A stretch of 64,000 bases of DNA from Octopus vulgaris (GCA_951406725.2 OX597823.1:107446001-107510000); one strand, 5' to 3'. Positions 37,490 through 52,335 are shown, counted from the stretch's first letter. Notes: generated by a model not told the origin, from the sequence alone. Translations and numbers: made by a program.

Positions 37490-40400
37490 ACTCACTCTCT
37501 CTCTCTTTGCTCTTTCATTTTCATACGAACGTTTGATTTTGTTTTCAATTTCGAAGATTGTCCATCTTAAATTTGACCTCTCTCTATACTTCAGTTGAGA
37601 CCTTTCATCTGTGTCTCTAGGATTTTCCTGGCTCTAGGTATTTTGTTTGTGGTTATGCTGATCTTTATCTTGTATTGTCGACATAAACTGAGTTTTAAGT
37701 CAATGTCTTGCATAAAAAGCATGTTGAACCAGTTTCGTTTGAAGACTGATTTCCATTTTGCTTTTTTGAAATTTAAGTTGGATATGACTTGAATCCTTCT
37801 GATAGGGTAGATGCCAGCGGTTCGCCAAGGATCATACATTTTTGGTTGAACTAAGCTGTTGTCTGGAAGTTCTCTTGGTGTCATTCTATTTTGGATAAGG
37901 TTCACGCTATTTTGAAGCAGAGATCCAAGATGTTGTTACACCTGGTTGGCTGGAGTATAATAAACAGCATATTACAAAGTTCAACTAATGATGCCTTATG
38001 CAATGACATCCCTGAAAAGATATGACCTTTAGGCCGTTTATCATTTGAGTGGCTGGAGTCACACCGAAGGAGTATGTTGATGTGTTAGTCCAGGTTTGTC
38101 AAAAATATCTTCTATGTATCTGAGGCTATCCTCAAGTTTACCATCATAGTTCAAGACATTTGGTGGACGATATGTTGTGCATAGAAATGCATTAATTTGC
38201 TTTATATGTATTATTAAGGTGTCACAAACTGAGTTTGAGTGTGACAACAATACAAGGGTTATGACGTATTTGCGGATGTACATAGTGACTGTTTTTCATG
38301 GCTTTTTTCTCTTCTCTTTGTAGAAATACAACATACCCTGATTTGTGTATTTGAACATCGGTTATATCAGAGGTTAGGTGCGTTTCTATAAGTGCCGTGC
38401 ATATTGCTTCATTATATGTTGCCAGCATTTTTAAATAGAGAATTTACCTCTATTACTGAGTTGTAGTAGTTCTCCAATGTTTAGTAGGAATGTGGATGCA
38501 ATATCTGGGAAATGTTACTGATGTTAGTAGCGACCAGCCTGGGTCCATCATCTGTGGTAGTCTTGTGTACTGAAATGCATGGCTTTCATTTTACATCTTT
38601 TGCAGCCGTGTCCGTTTCTGTACTATACTCTGGGTCATACTCAAAAAAGCCTGCCGCTCGATAGCTGTGGTTCGCCGCGTCTCAGCATATTGCTTTTGAA
38701 GGGTGTAGAGGGTAAATGTTGATTCATTTTCTTATTCTTCTGAGACTTGTTTTTCCCTGTTGATGTACCATGAGCCTGCAGATCTATATTGGATAGCTAA
38801 CCTCTACTGTGTTCTTGCTGGTTTTGCCTTAGGCGGTTACCCTGCTTGTTATTCCGATAAGGCTGAGGATGAGCGAAGCCGCAGTTTGTTCCTTTTTTAC
38901 CATGCCAGCAGGTGCCATGTAGATAGAATTTACAGACAATCTGGGTTCTGTCAGTTTCTGTTCTTGTGTTTATTCTTTGCACTTTTTGATATATCGAGTC
39001 TTTGGTTTTGTTTTCAGTTTCGGGCTTTAGGACAACATCACTTTTCCTGACTGTTTCACCTATTTCTAGATCTCTTTTATTCACTACAGTTCTATTTTGG
39101 CTGTTATTATAGCTATTGCTGCGTTCGGTGCTGTTTTCAGGACGAGTGGTGTTTGTAGTCGCTGTTTTTTTTTTTTTTTGTTTTTTTTTGGTGTCGTCAG
39201 TTTCACTTTCATGAGTTTCAAAAAATGTGGGTTCTTTACTGACCTCTTCGTCTATTTCTTTCATAATGCTGCGTAGGAGGTCGAGATGTGACTTGACAAG
39301 AGCAGAGGAGTGTAAGAACTCCTGTTTTTCCCATTCAGCCTGTGCCATGGACCTATGGAAACTAGCTTTTTAGGACCGAAGCTATTAGGTCGTTCGGCAG
39401 TGGTCCTTCAGCCATGTTCCGCGTTTGAAGACAGAGACGAAGTTTCTCGATCTCCCAATTTCGACGCATCTTTTACATTTTATTAGCCTTAAACTGGATC
39501 AATACAAATTTACGGCTGTTGATGTCCATTTGTTGATATTTCGTAATGTAAAAAGGTGAGAAATATTAGTAACTAAAAGATTTGATAAGTGTAACGTTTG
39601 CAAACATAGCGGTTTACTAAGAAAAAAGAGAAGAAGGGGAGAGAGAGCGAGAGCGTTTACGAAAATACGGGGTAGAGACATCGTACAAAATAGGAGAACG
39701 TAGGGTTTATTGTTTATAAAGATAATTTAAAAGATTAGCAGTGGAAAACAAAAAGAAAATTTGCAACAAAGAAGGTGAGAATTTGTAGTGCTTACGAAAA
39801 GAGCAGAAAGGTAAAGTGATGTAGCTGTGTGATAAACAAAATTGAAATGTTTGACTTTTAAGAATTCAAATATTGAACTTCTAAAACTGAAATATTTAAC
39901 TTTTAAGAATTTTCAATGGGAGAAGAAATAAACTGATGTAGTTGTGTGATAAGATTTAAGGAATTTATCTTTTAAGAATTTTCAATGAGAGAAGAAAAAT
40001 GTAGGTGTGTGATGTTTGCGGAGACAGAAAAAAGAACAAGTGATTGTAATTGTGTGATAAATAGAATTGAAATATTTAACTTAAGAATTCTCATTGAGGT
40101 GGTTATTTTTGAAAGAATTAAAAAGTTAAAAGAAACTCATCTTACCTTAACTTCTAGCGAAAGGAAGGGAAAAGAAACTTACTCTAACACTAAAATATAA
40201 ACAAACGAAAATTACGAGTACTGGAAGCACTCCGTCGGTTACGACGACGAGGGTTCCGGTTGATCCGAATCAACGGAACAGCCTGCTCGTGAAATTAACG
40301 TGTAAGTGGCTGAGCACTCCACAGACACGTGTACCCTTAACGTAGTTCTCGGGGATATTCAGCGTGACACAGAGAGTGACAAGGCCGGCCCTTTGAAATA

Positions 40401-40630
40401 CAAGTACAACAGAAACAGGAAGTAAGAGTGAGAGAAAGTTGTGGTGAAAGGGTACAGCAGGGATCACCACCATCCCCTGCCGGAGCCTCGTGGAGCTTTA
40501 GGTGTTTTCGCTCAATAAACACTAACAACGCCCGGTCTGGGAATCGAAACCGCGATCCTATGACCGCGAGTCCGCTGCCCTAACCACTGGGCCATTGCGC
40601 CTCCACATACGAGTACTATAGAAGCATGTG
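35990..40630 (-). mobile_element. Near full-length degenerate CR1/L2-group LINE (ORF1 with CCCH finger; APE endonuclease; RT)
   Basis: ORF1 CKFYLHGTCWHGKKGTNCGFAHP. Endonuclease ALIETHL..., YRPPN. RT QHCFCSGR, LDYAKAF, SGVPKETVL.PL, SYADDTK, LQWDL..IYKWAE. Short tandem repeats in the putative 5' UTR at about 39800-40100. Confidence 0.85.
40223..40607 (-). mobile_element. Full-length tRNA-derived SINE (family 1) with 10-bp TSD
   Basis: Head ggaggcgcaatggcccagtggttagggcagcggactcgcgg...ggtttcgattcccagacc (A and B boxes). TSD tacgagtact at 40213-40222 and 40608-40617. Confidence 0.92.
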
Positions 40631-41154
40631 CTGGAGGAGGACAGTTTCCCCCCCTTTTTGCAATATTAATATTTAAAGACACCGGACAGAAGTTAGATAC
40701 ATGCCACTGGCCTCCCTGCGTTGTTTCATTATCTCATTTTAGATGCAATTATGCGAATTACATTTTCTCTATACTTTTGCGTATATGTCGACATATACGC
40801 AAAATTTTACGCCTTACTAAGGGTCCATGCAGTATCATGGGCCAAAAGAACTTTAAACTTCTTGCCTAATGCAAGCCCAGAGCAATCTCTTATCTCTTAC
40901 ACTATTTCAGTATTACGTGTCAAAAGTGAAACAATAACATTTCTCTATAGTTTCACTATGAATAATAAAACTATTAAAGTGAAACTATTATACATACATA
41001 TTCGTCATCAACAATCTACCACTGCTACCAATAGCTATTGAGAATCCTTTCAGCCCTGCCTTAGATTCGAACCGGAATCTCAAAAACATTGTCCCCTTGC
41101 ATTTCATTCTCATTTGCTTCCCACGACAGGAAAATAAAACTTTCTGCTAACGAC

Positions 41155-41228
<74 letters not shown>

Positions 41229-41799
41229 TGTGGTGTGTGTGTATTATGCACATACATAAAAATATGTTGTTGATCGTATCTAGTGGTCAATAATCTCGGG
41301 AATAACAACAATGTACATGAGTGGAAATAAAAGTTATTGCAAAAGGTATATCGTAATCTATCTGTATGAATGTGTATACGTGTGTGAAGACACATATTTA
41401 TATATACATGCGAAGACGCACATACCTGTTCAAAAATGCGCACAGATGCATATTAATATGTGAATGAAGCCACATATACCTCCAGCTACACATTTTAGCA
41501 ATGTCCACACCCATACAACTTATAATGGAACAAAATGAGCTCTCGTAAACGTATAAATTAGCCTCAACAGTAGAAAAGCAATTTGAAGAAGCTAGTGTAA
41601 CCTCCGTTCATTTTTAATATCATCCAATTTTTTCTGATCTACTCTGATTTACTTGCGGCGGAATTAGATTGGACTGAATCCAGTTTAATTCTTTTTTCTT
41701 CTTTTCTCTAACTTAATGAAACTGAATCTAATTTCACTTCATCCCATTTAATTTCTCATGTCTTATTCAATTTCATTCGAATTTAGTCTTAAATGTCAC

Positions 41800-42562
<763 letters not shown>

Positions 42563-42563
<1 letters not shown>

Positions 42564-44462
42564 TCACACAAGGATCTTAGAAAAACTAGCCATGAACAAA
42601 GTAGCAACAATAATCATAAAATATATAAAACATTCCATGAATAAACGGCAGACAGTGTTACAGCTCCAGACAAAAGAGGGACTCATAAAAAGCAAAGCCA
42701 TCCCCATTGGAAGACGAATATTCCATGAAGATACACTCTCTCCACTCCTTTTTCTGCTTGTCACTGACACTTTTACCTGACATGCTAAACAGAACTGGAT
42801 GTGGATACAACTGTTACGGCAAAACAATCAGCCACCTCTTATATATGAAACTGTAAGCTACAAATGATAAACAGCTGGAAACATTAATACAAGCAGTACA
42901 TGGATTTACCAAAAAAATAAACATGAAATTTGGCTTAGAAAAATATGCCAAAGCAACCTTGAAAAGAGGAAAACTAGTTAAGAGTAGCAACAACACACTA
43001 GATAAAGCAAATGAAGTAAGAGAATTAGACTGAAGCCAGACATACAAATACTTAGGAATCAATGAACTAGATACGATTAAACACACACAAATGAAAGTGA
43101 AGATCAGAAAAGAATACTATAGACGAGTTAGATTAGTACTGAAAATAGAGTTCAATGCGAAAAACAAGATTATAGGTATTAACAATCTAGTCGTCCCAGT
43201 TATAAGTTGCAGCTACAATATTCTTAACTGGACTCTAAATGAAAAAATCAAAATAGACAGGAAAACAAAACAAAATACTGATAGAATTTACGATGCACCA
43301 CCCAAAATCTGACATAGAAAGGTTATATATATATACAACGTACCGAAGGTGGTAGAAGCCTTATATAGTTAGAAAACTATTGCAAAATAACCACCACAGA
43401 ATTACAGAAATACCTACTTCAGAAGCAAAGAAAACTAATACAAATAGCCACAAATCACGAACAAAACAATAAACTGCTTTCAGTCTTTAATGGAGCTGAT
43501 AAATACAAAATAGAAGTCGTAATACCTAACAACTGTGAAGGAAAAGAAGAAACAACAAAAGCTGTAGAACAACTGAAATCCAAACCAAAACTGGAACAGC
43601 AACGGATCATGAGAAAACGATGACAAGAAAAGTCCCTCCATGGCAAATACTGGGTTAAACTAAACAGAAGAGAGATAGACAAAACAAAATCCCAACAATG
43701 GCAGAGCAACTCAGGACTCAAAGCAGAGACTGAAGGATTTTTAATTGCAGCACAAGACCAAAGCCTTCCCCACCAGAAATTACCAAAAACATGTAGTGCA
43801 AAGAATTACAAATAACTGCAGAATTTGCGGAGATGGACAAGAAACAATAAATCATATTGTCTCTGGCTACCCAGCCCTAGCTAAGAAGGAATATATTCAC
43901 GACAGTGTTAGAATCTATATACACTGGACGCTATCCCAACAATATGGAATAACAACAGAAGAAAGATGGTATAGGCACACGCCAGAAACGGTCACAGAAA
44001 ATGAGAAAGCAAGCAACCATACTATGGGATATGCCAATACACACAGAGAAATTAAGGCCAGTAGGCCAGATATAGTTGTCAGAGACACCCAAGAAATCGG
44101 TGTATCAATACCAACAGATGACAATGGTTCTCTAAAACAAAAACGGGGAAACTTTCAAAATACAAAGACCTGGAAACAGAGATAACTCGAATGTGGAGTC
44201 TAAAAACTAAAACAATTCCTATCATAGTAGGCGCATTAGGTACGATAAAAACATTCAGACAAATACATAACAAAAACACCAGGACTAACAAATATGTATA
44301 CCATACAGAAAATTGCACTGCTAGGCACCGCACACATCCTACGTAAAACACTTTCAATACAGTGAAAATAAGAACACCACAACAAACTACAGCACATACC
44401 CAAAGTACAAAGAGCTGCGCTCGGTAGTTCAGTGAAAGCCTGTGATGAAAATAAGACTACTG
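42563..44462 (+). mobile_element. R4/Dong-clade non-LTR retrotransposon (RT, Zn-knuckle, restriction-like endonuclease), 5'-truncated, degenerate
   Basis: IFHEDTLSPLLF, YKYLG, HGKY, ETEGFLIAAQDQ, CRICG..QETINHIVSG, RPDIVV, KYKDL..EI.RMW, IPIIVGALG. Flanked by (TAA)n on both sides. Confidence 0.9.
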
Positions 44463-45027
44463 AATAATAATAATGAGAAGAAGAAGAAGAAGAAGAAGAA
44501 GAAGAAGAAGAAGAAGAAGAAGAAGAAGAAGAAGAAGAAGAACAAGAACAAGAAGAAGAAGGAGAAGAAGAACAAGAAGAAGAAGAAGAAGAAGAAGAAG
44601 AAGAAGAAGAAGAAGAAGAGCCTACTGGAACATTTATAGAACAGCACGGACAAACTACTAAAGACTGAATAAGTAACAGGTGATCAAATGTGAAATAGGA
44701 GAAAAGGACAAGAATTGAATAATGATAATGAGAAGAAGAAGAAGAAGAAGAAGAAGAAGAAGAAGAAGAAGAAGAAGAAGAAGAAGAAGAAGAAGAAGAA
44801 GAAGAAGAAGAAGAAGAAGAAGAAGAAGAAGAAGAAGAAGAAGAAGAAGAAGAAGAAGAAGAAGAAGAAGAAGAAGAAGAAGAAGAAGAAGAAGAAGAAG
44901 AAGAAGAAGAAGAAGAAGAAGAAGAAGAAGAGCCTACTAGAACATTTATAGAACAGCACGGACAAACTACTAAAGACTGAATAAGTAACAGATGATCAAA
45001 TGTGAAATAGGAGAAAAGGACAAGAAT
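44463..45027 (+). repeat. Tandem duplication of [(GAA)n + ~100-bp unique] unit
   Basis: gagcctact.gaacatttatagaacagcacgg...aaggacaagaat occurs at about 44618-44715 and 44930-45027, each after a (GAA)n tract. Confidence 0.9.
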
Positions 45028-45059
45028 GAAATTAGACAGATTGAAGTGAAACTTATGCA

Positions 45060-45665
45060 TGGTCAATTTTGAAGAACCGCTGAAGATATTTGTGGAACAA
45101 AATCCTAGGCTTAGCTAAAAGAAGCAGAGAGCCTAATTGTAGCAGCCCAGGATCAAGCGATAAAAACAAACAGCTTGAGAGAAAATGCATATGGAAAAGA
45201 TGTCCGCAAAATATAGAGTCTGTGGAACTTGGAACAAGCTAGTGGCACACATTGTTACATAATGTCCCAAGCTGGCACAGAAGAAATATGCGAAATGAAG
45301 GCATGACCAAGTTGTAAAGGTTTTACACTAGAAGCTCTGTCAGAAATGGGGATTTGAAGTTGGAGACATATAGAATTAATATCGGGTCGAAACAGTGCTG
45401 GAGTCGGAGAACTAAGATTTTGTGGGACTTATTCAAACGGACAAGAAGCTAGAAAATAATAAACCAATAATAGACAAGGAAAAGCGAAGTTGCTTATTAA
45501 TTGATCCATCATGTCCGTTTGATCGCAGGGTCGTTAAGAAAGAAGACGAAAAAGAAAGATACAATCCCTTAAAATTTGAAATTGCAAGACTTTGGAATAT
45601 GAAAAGTGTAAAAGTTGTGCCTATAATAATTGGTACACCGGGAAGTGTAAGCAAAGATATAGACC
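45060..45665 (+). mobile_element. Second R4/Dong-type LINE fragment (RLE domain)
   Basis: AESLIVAAQDQAIKTN, CPKLAQKKY, IQTDKKLENNKP, LLIDPSCPFD, EIARLWNMK..VVPIIIGTPG. Confidence 0.85.
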
Positions 45666-47179
45666 ATACATGGGCACTCTGCGGCCCGCAAGCTGCATGC
45701 AGCTCTTGACATGTAGCCCTCGACGAGCTGCTACGTTACTACTTTTTACAAGCAAAAATTTTTCTCAAATTTTCCAATCGTCTCTCACCTCTTAAACTTG
45801 TGCTTTAATTTTGCATCTAATTTCATCTCTCCTTCCTTCTCTCTCTCTCTCACTGTACAGTGTACATGCTATACTCTCTCCGTTTTAAAGCATCACTCAC
45901 TCTCTCTCTCTCTCTCAGTATGACATTACAAATATTTTTCTCGCCTCTGTCTCTCTCTCCCGTATTTTTAGTGCAAGCAACAAGCAACGCGTGAATGTAT
46001 GTGTGTATGCGAAATTTTACAAAACTTAATATTTTTGCAGTAGTTTTTACTCTAATGCATCTTGTGAGTCCATATGTGTTTGTCTCCCATTTTATTTTTT
46101 TATCGCATTTTAATATCACAACAATCAATGCTTCGAAGAGGAATAGTAGTAGTAATTTTTTCTTTTATTAATTGATTCTCACTTGGTTGAATTCTTAACA
46201 TTCTTAATCCAGTTTCAGATTTTATCTTTCATTACAATTTCTATTTGATATTTCTTGAAAGTTTGCCAATATCACTCGCGAAAACTATTTGATTTTTTAA
46301 AAAAGGTTTTATGATTGTTTTTTCATTAGTAGTGTTTAATTTTTCTTTTGAATTTTGATAAAGAAAAATAGAATTTTAACCTGTGTAAGCTTCTTTTAAG
46401 AGCTTCAGCTTTTGATTTTATTTGGATTTTAACTGCAAAATCTTGAAACTATTTAGGAAAATATTTGCCATTGGTTTATTTTTTCTCAAATGGAGTATTT
46501 GATCGAGATCAAATTTCGCTACTTTGCTTCAAATTCATGTTGATTCAATAGCCTTCAATTTTTTTTCTTTTTCTTTTCCAATTTTTCAGTATTTATTGTT
46601 TGGTAACAAATAAATTTTTCTATATTTCTAATAAATTTGGGCTTTTTCCCAAAGAAAGTTTTTGATTACGCTGAAAAAATATAATTTCAAGTATGATTTT
46701 CTATGAACTTTAATTTGTTTATCTAAAATTTAAAGAATAAGGATTAAGTTTTTATTTTAGCTATTCAAAATATTTTTCTTAAAGTAGGTATCTGGGTATA
46801 TTTAATTTTTTTTTTTTAAGAGCTGTCTTTCCTACATATTTTTTCAGTTTATCATGATTAGTATTATGATCTACGAACTTCAAAATTTTATTTACTTTAG
46901 TTTGTTTGGTAAGATGTTGATTTTCTTTTTTGAAAAATTTAATTTAGATTAATTTTCTTATACAGTTGAATTTTTTTTTATGCTACTAAATATCATTACT
47001 TTCAAATTTTCCAAACTGATTGATTTTTGAATTTTTCATTTTGGTTGAACTTCGGTAGATCCTGTTCACATTCAGATTGTTCCTTACTCTCAAATTTTAT
47101 TTTCAATTTGAAATTGTTCTGAAAGACTTATCCTCTTTTCCGCACAGTCGAAAATTCAACCTTTGGAATATCCAAATCC

Positions 47180-47375
47180 CAAATAAGTCGAAGAAAAGTA
47201 AGTTAATAGATGAAGGTCGTGTGTTTCAAGATAAGTGGACGGTAGATTATTATTTTTTTTTTTTTTGTGCTATGGAATGAGAAATCAGTGTGTCTCATTT
47301 GTTCAGAAACTATTACTATTCTGAAGGAATATAATTTGAAAAGACACTACTGTACAAAACATTCCCAGTATGGCA
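47180..47375 (+). pseudogene. hAT (Charlie/SPIN/GTF2IRD2-like) transposase N-terminal fragment
   Basis: EGRVFQDKWTVDYYF, then VCLICSETITILKEYNLKRHYCTKH. Confidence 0.82.
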
Positions 47376-47656
47376 ATCTTATTGTTCTCTCATGCAATGC
47401 CTTATGTATACAAGTTGTGAAGTTCTTGAACTTCGATGTAATATTTTCTATTCCTCACTTGTATTTGTGGGATCATAAGTAGTTGCCACATGTCCGTGTA
47501 GCGGTGACAGTTTGTTATTGTTATTTTCGTCTGTCGTGCTTTATTGTTCATACAAATATCATTATTAGAGCGTTTTGGCTGAGTGATTTTGTTTGGTAAG
47601 GTGATATATTTCTTTTCAAATGTAGCTTGCTGGCGTAATTGTTTTGCTCAAAAAGG

Positions 47657-47687
<31 letters not shown>

Positions 47688-47723
47688 TGTATGTATGTAT
47701 GTATGTATGTATGTATGTGTGTG

Positions 47724-47798
<75 letters not shown>

Positions 47799-48088
47799 AG
47801 TCATGAGTCGTCTTCGTAGTCATAAAGCGAGATCGATGATTGACTACCAGACCGCTGGTGGTGGTGGTGGTGCTACATACCATACTAATATTTGTCGGGC
47901 ATGTGGAGGGCTGTGCAATTCAGTGGGAGGACTTAAACGACATACAAAGAATTACAGCCGGCTATTGCCAGTAAAGGTTTTAGCTGCCAATTCTGTCCAA
48001 GACATTGTAGATCGTTAGCTGGGCTAACAAGTCACATTCAATCACAGCACCGTTAACAGTTAAACCTCGTGCCATGTATGTAGTATGA

Positions 48089-48121
<33 letters not shown>

Positions 48122-50076
48122 TGTATGTATGTATGTATGTATGTATGTATGTATGTACGTACGTATGTATGTATGAATGTATGTATGCATATATGTATGT
48201 AGTGGCCTACAATAACTTTAAGTTAATTTACCTTATAATTTACCTTTCCTGAATAAAAAATTTCTCACTATTTTGTGAGTTTCCATTAGCTAATTTCATG
48301 AGTTTTACCAGTTTGCGCATTGATTAATTATATCATCACTGACAGATTGATACATTGACCCTTCGGTCAATAATTGTTTCTGTTCAGTAATTGATGTAAT
48401 TTTTGACGATCTTACTCGCAACATATTAATGTGCTTCCCTATGTGCTCTGCGGTTTTGAGCAAGTTATTTCAGAGATTCGATTCCATGATTTCTTTTCCA
48501 CGAAAACAAAAAGAACTTGTACGACATAGGGCTCCATCTCTTGAAAAGGAGTAGTCTCCCTGTTATTTCCTACGTTAGTAAAGATGAACAATAGACGCTT
48601 TTCAAGTATTTGACATTATTGTTGGACCACTTAAATGATTTTCATCAAATATGAGCACCCCATTCATCAACTCCACTTCCACCATCTTTAATTATCCTTT
48701 GGAAACAATCCAGCTGGTATACTTCAGTTTTGTTGCATTACACATACATTTGCATAGAACTGGAAATCTGGCCGAATTTGTTTTCGTAATACTCTTTAGT
48801 CTAGTTGAACATTTTAGTCGCATTAGCTTTTGTAATCCTTGGCTCCTTTCGTGTAACTCTTTGTTCGTATCGAAGATCATGCTATGCTATTCGTATGGTA
48901 TATGACAACATATCCACAGAAAATGCAACCCTTCTAACAGAACTACTTTTTTAACTGACTCCTTTGCCTATGAAAAATGTTGTGCGACCTCTCGTCTTTT
49001 CTTCAGTCGTTAATGCTTTTCGTCAATCTATCCCTTGGTTACTGTTTCATCATCAATACCGAAACATTGAGCTATTTTACGATAACACTTTCCATACTGA
49101 TATAAGCCAGTGCATTGTCCGCATGTAAATTCATCGATATCTTTTTTTTGCCGAATGAGTTTCATTGTTATATTTTATCAAATAGATGTAACAGCTAATC
49201 GGAAAACACAAAAAAATTCATACCATCGAAGAAAAAAAAACCTATCGCATTATATTAAAAAATATATATACATACAGCATGGCCACAGCTCATAAGCTGA
49301 AACTGGAAAAATCAAAATCAAAATCAAATCATACATACGTACATGGAGAGAGAGTGAGAAGGAATAATGATGCATGTGAGCCAGTGAAAATAATAAAGAA
49401 GGTGAGAGGAGATAAGGAGAATAACAATAAGTGAAAGAAGACAAATGGAGCTTGAAGCAAAAACTATAAGGATTACAGGCGCCTTCTGCGCTAGTGCATG
49501 CAAGCATACATACATACATACATACATACATACATACATACATACATTGCATGCATGCATGCATACGTACATACATACATACATACATACATACATACAT
49601 ACATACATACATACATACATACTTACTTACATTCGCGCGCACAGACACACACATACACACACACGCTGACATGGAAGTGTGACAAAGCCTACATAAATTC
49701 AGCAACTATAAGAGAGGTAATACGGAAGCCAAAGATGATGCTTGTGAAAGTCTAGGAATGTTCATCATGGGTCTTAGGACTCAGTGTTCTAAACGTCCGA
49801 AATGTGAAACATCTTCATCTAAAGGAATAAAGCTGGAACTTACTCGTGCTTTCTATTATAATAATTATCTATCCATCCATCCATCCAGCCAGCCAGCTAG
49901 CCAGTCAACCATCTTTCTATCTACCCCCTCTACACACACACATATGCATAGAGAGAAAGAGAGTGAAGAGATAAGTGATGTGAGGTGACAGAATAGATGT
50001 TTATTCCCTTCGTTTACAACTGCTTCATAATCTTGTTAGTTATGTAATAGATATTACATCAACATACGCACGTATA

Positions 50077-50473
50077 TCTTTATATATAAAAGTCAAGTTG
50101 TGTGTCTGTCTCCTACGATTTAGATTCCTAACTACTCCCACATTTTGCGGTGCAGTTTAACCAAAACCGGGTATCTTATAGTCGTGATTCATATCGAGCC
50201 CTTCTGGGTATTAGCGCGCGTCTACGCTGAGTCTACGATTTTAAAAATAATTTACCACCATTTTTATCCATTTTAATGCATTTTTTCGCTATTATATAAG
50301 GGAAGTAACTCTCTAAAAATGCCTACGATGAGTCAATGATTTAAAAAAAAATTTACCATCATTTTTTTCCATTTTTATTGCATTTCTTTGCTATTTTTTG
50401 GCTATAACTCTCTAAAAATGCTTATATACTTATTTCCCTTACAAACCCGAGCAACGCCGGGCGATATTGCAAG
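50077..50473 (+). mobile_element. Non-autonomous Helitron
   Basis: 5' A|TCtttatatataaaag. 3' hairpin cccg-agcaacgc-cggg, then CAAG|T (CTRR-like end). No TSD. Confidence 0.75.
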
Positions 50474-50820
50474 TAAAGTATAAGATGTAAATGTACTGAA
50501 AAATTAACTTGCAGACTAATCTTCAGAGCGATACGTAATAGTTCAAAACGTCAATTGTGCTACAGAAAGTAAGCTGACCCAGTATATATCCACAGGCGAT
50601 AAATGTACTCAACAGGTTACCATGTATGATTTGCTTTAAGGGAGCAATTGCCTCTGTGTGTGTGTGTGTGTAAATGTATGTATGCAAATATGCATGTATG
50701 TATGTGTGTATGCATGGATGGATGGATTCATATGTATACACACCTTCATATTCACACACTAATATATACACACATGTATGTATATACTGAGCACACACAT
50801 ACACAGGCATATATATATAT

Positions 50821-52335
50821 AACGGGAAGCTTTATGAAAATAAACAAAAGACGAAGGCAGGTGGAAAACAAACGAACAATTGTATTAGTATGGCGCTCAG
50901 GAAATATAAATAAAACAAGTCTTTAACGTTTCGAGCCTACGCTCTTCAACAGAAAGATACACAGAGAGAGAAAAACACAGAAAGAAGGAGAGAAAAAAAA
51001 TGCGTGCAGTAGCTAACGAATCAACATGGCGATCTGATTTCGGCCAGAGGTCAAAGATCAAACATGAGACGCGAGAGCGAAATAAGGGAAGATAATAGGG
51101 TTGATAAAAAGGGTTGAGGGACCAGCTAATAGTGCGTAGGAGGGGTCTGGATGTGTGTATGTATAGGGTTGGTGTATGTATTAGTATGTATAAGGGTGTG
51201 TGTGTGTGTGTGTGTGTGTGTATGAGAGAGTATTAGTGCGTAGGATTGGTCTGGACGTGCGTATGTATGGGGTTGGTGTATGTATTAGTATGTATTAGTA
51301 TGTATTAGTACGTATTGGTATGTATAAGTGTGTGTGTGTGTGTATGAGAGAGTATAAGTGCGTATGCGGGGTCTGGACGTGTGTATGTATAGGGTTGGTG
51401 TATGTATTAGTATGTACTAGTATGTATTAGTACGTATTAGTATGTATTAGTTGGTGTGTGTATTAGTATGGCACATCATATGTGATGTGATGTGTAAAGT
51501 CATGTGGTGTAGTGAGGAGAAAAGGGGGAGAAGGGGAGGGGAAGAAGAGGGGGGAGGGGGAGGGAGAAAGAGGGAAGAAGGGAAGGGGAGTAGGGGTGAA
51601 AGGATGAAGGACTGAAGAAGTAGGGGTCGGGGGGAAAGGATAGGTGAGGAGGGGGAGAGGGGGGTTTAGATGAGGAGGGGGAGAGTTGAGACCAAATGGC
51701 GTATAAGAGCGAAGAGAGAAGATTAATTCCTGTTCACGGCGCAAACGGGAATCCGGATGGCCTCTGTGTAAGGACAAACCGAACACAGATAGGTGTTGCA
51801 AGGAGTGACCGGTGGAGCGGAAATGGCGTGAGACCGGTGTGTCGTTCGCAAGGTGGATGTCACGAAGGTGTTCCGCGAACCGGTCAGCCAAGCGGCGTCC
51901 CGTTTGTCCGATGTACAAGGAATTGCAGAGAGAGCAAGAGATGCAATAGATAATATTGCTGGAGGTGCAGGTGAAGGAGTGGATGATGGGATAGGGTCGA
52001 TGGTGGGTGCTAGTGAGGCGGGTGGTGTTGGAGAGGTAAGGGCAAGTGCGGCAACGTGGGCGGGAGCAGGGGAACGAGCCGGGTTGGGAGGTAGGGTCAG
52101 GGAAGGAGCTATGGACCAAAAGGTCTCGAAGGTTGTGGGATCGTTTGAAAGAGGGGAGGGGTCGGTTAGGGAAGAGGTGTGAAGTGGACGGGTCGGACTG
52201 GAGATGACGGAAAGCTCGAAGAATGGTGCGTTGGAGACGTAGGGTCGTGGGGTGGTAAGTGAGGGGAAAAGGGAGGCGGGAGACTACAGGGCGGGATCGG
52301 GGAGAGAGAGCAGATACACGGTCCACAGACCGCCC
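50821..52335 (-). mobile_element. 5'-truncated Neptune-like Penelope element (GIY-YIG EN + 3' UTR + pLTR)
   Basis: PLTYHP, CSRPRCRTCP, IIYCISCSLCNSLYIGQTGRRLADRFAEH, VSRHF, PFGLN. Related to 3200-3833. Three ~110-bp tandem units lie in the UTR (51130-51465). Both ends abut (TA)n. Confidence 0.92.
50920..50957 (-). ncRNA. Minimal hammerhead ribozyme (CUGUUGA core) in the Penelope pLTR
   Basis: tcttt-CTGTTGA-a-gagc-gtag-gctc-GAAA-cg-TT-aaaga. Confidence 0.78.

Noticed and set aside
40530-40607. tRNA-like sequence (TCG anticodon-like)
   Set aside because: It is the head of a SINE with body and TSD, and the acceptor stem does not pair.
48300-49160. Possible P/THAP-like transposase remnant (VLIFDE on minus)
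   Set aside because: Only one short motif, with many stops.
51130-51465. Repeat-spacer-like array (CRISPR-like?)
   Set aside because: A eukaryotic minisatellite in a Penelope 3' UTR; the 'spacers' are microsatellites and there are no cas genes.
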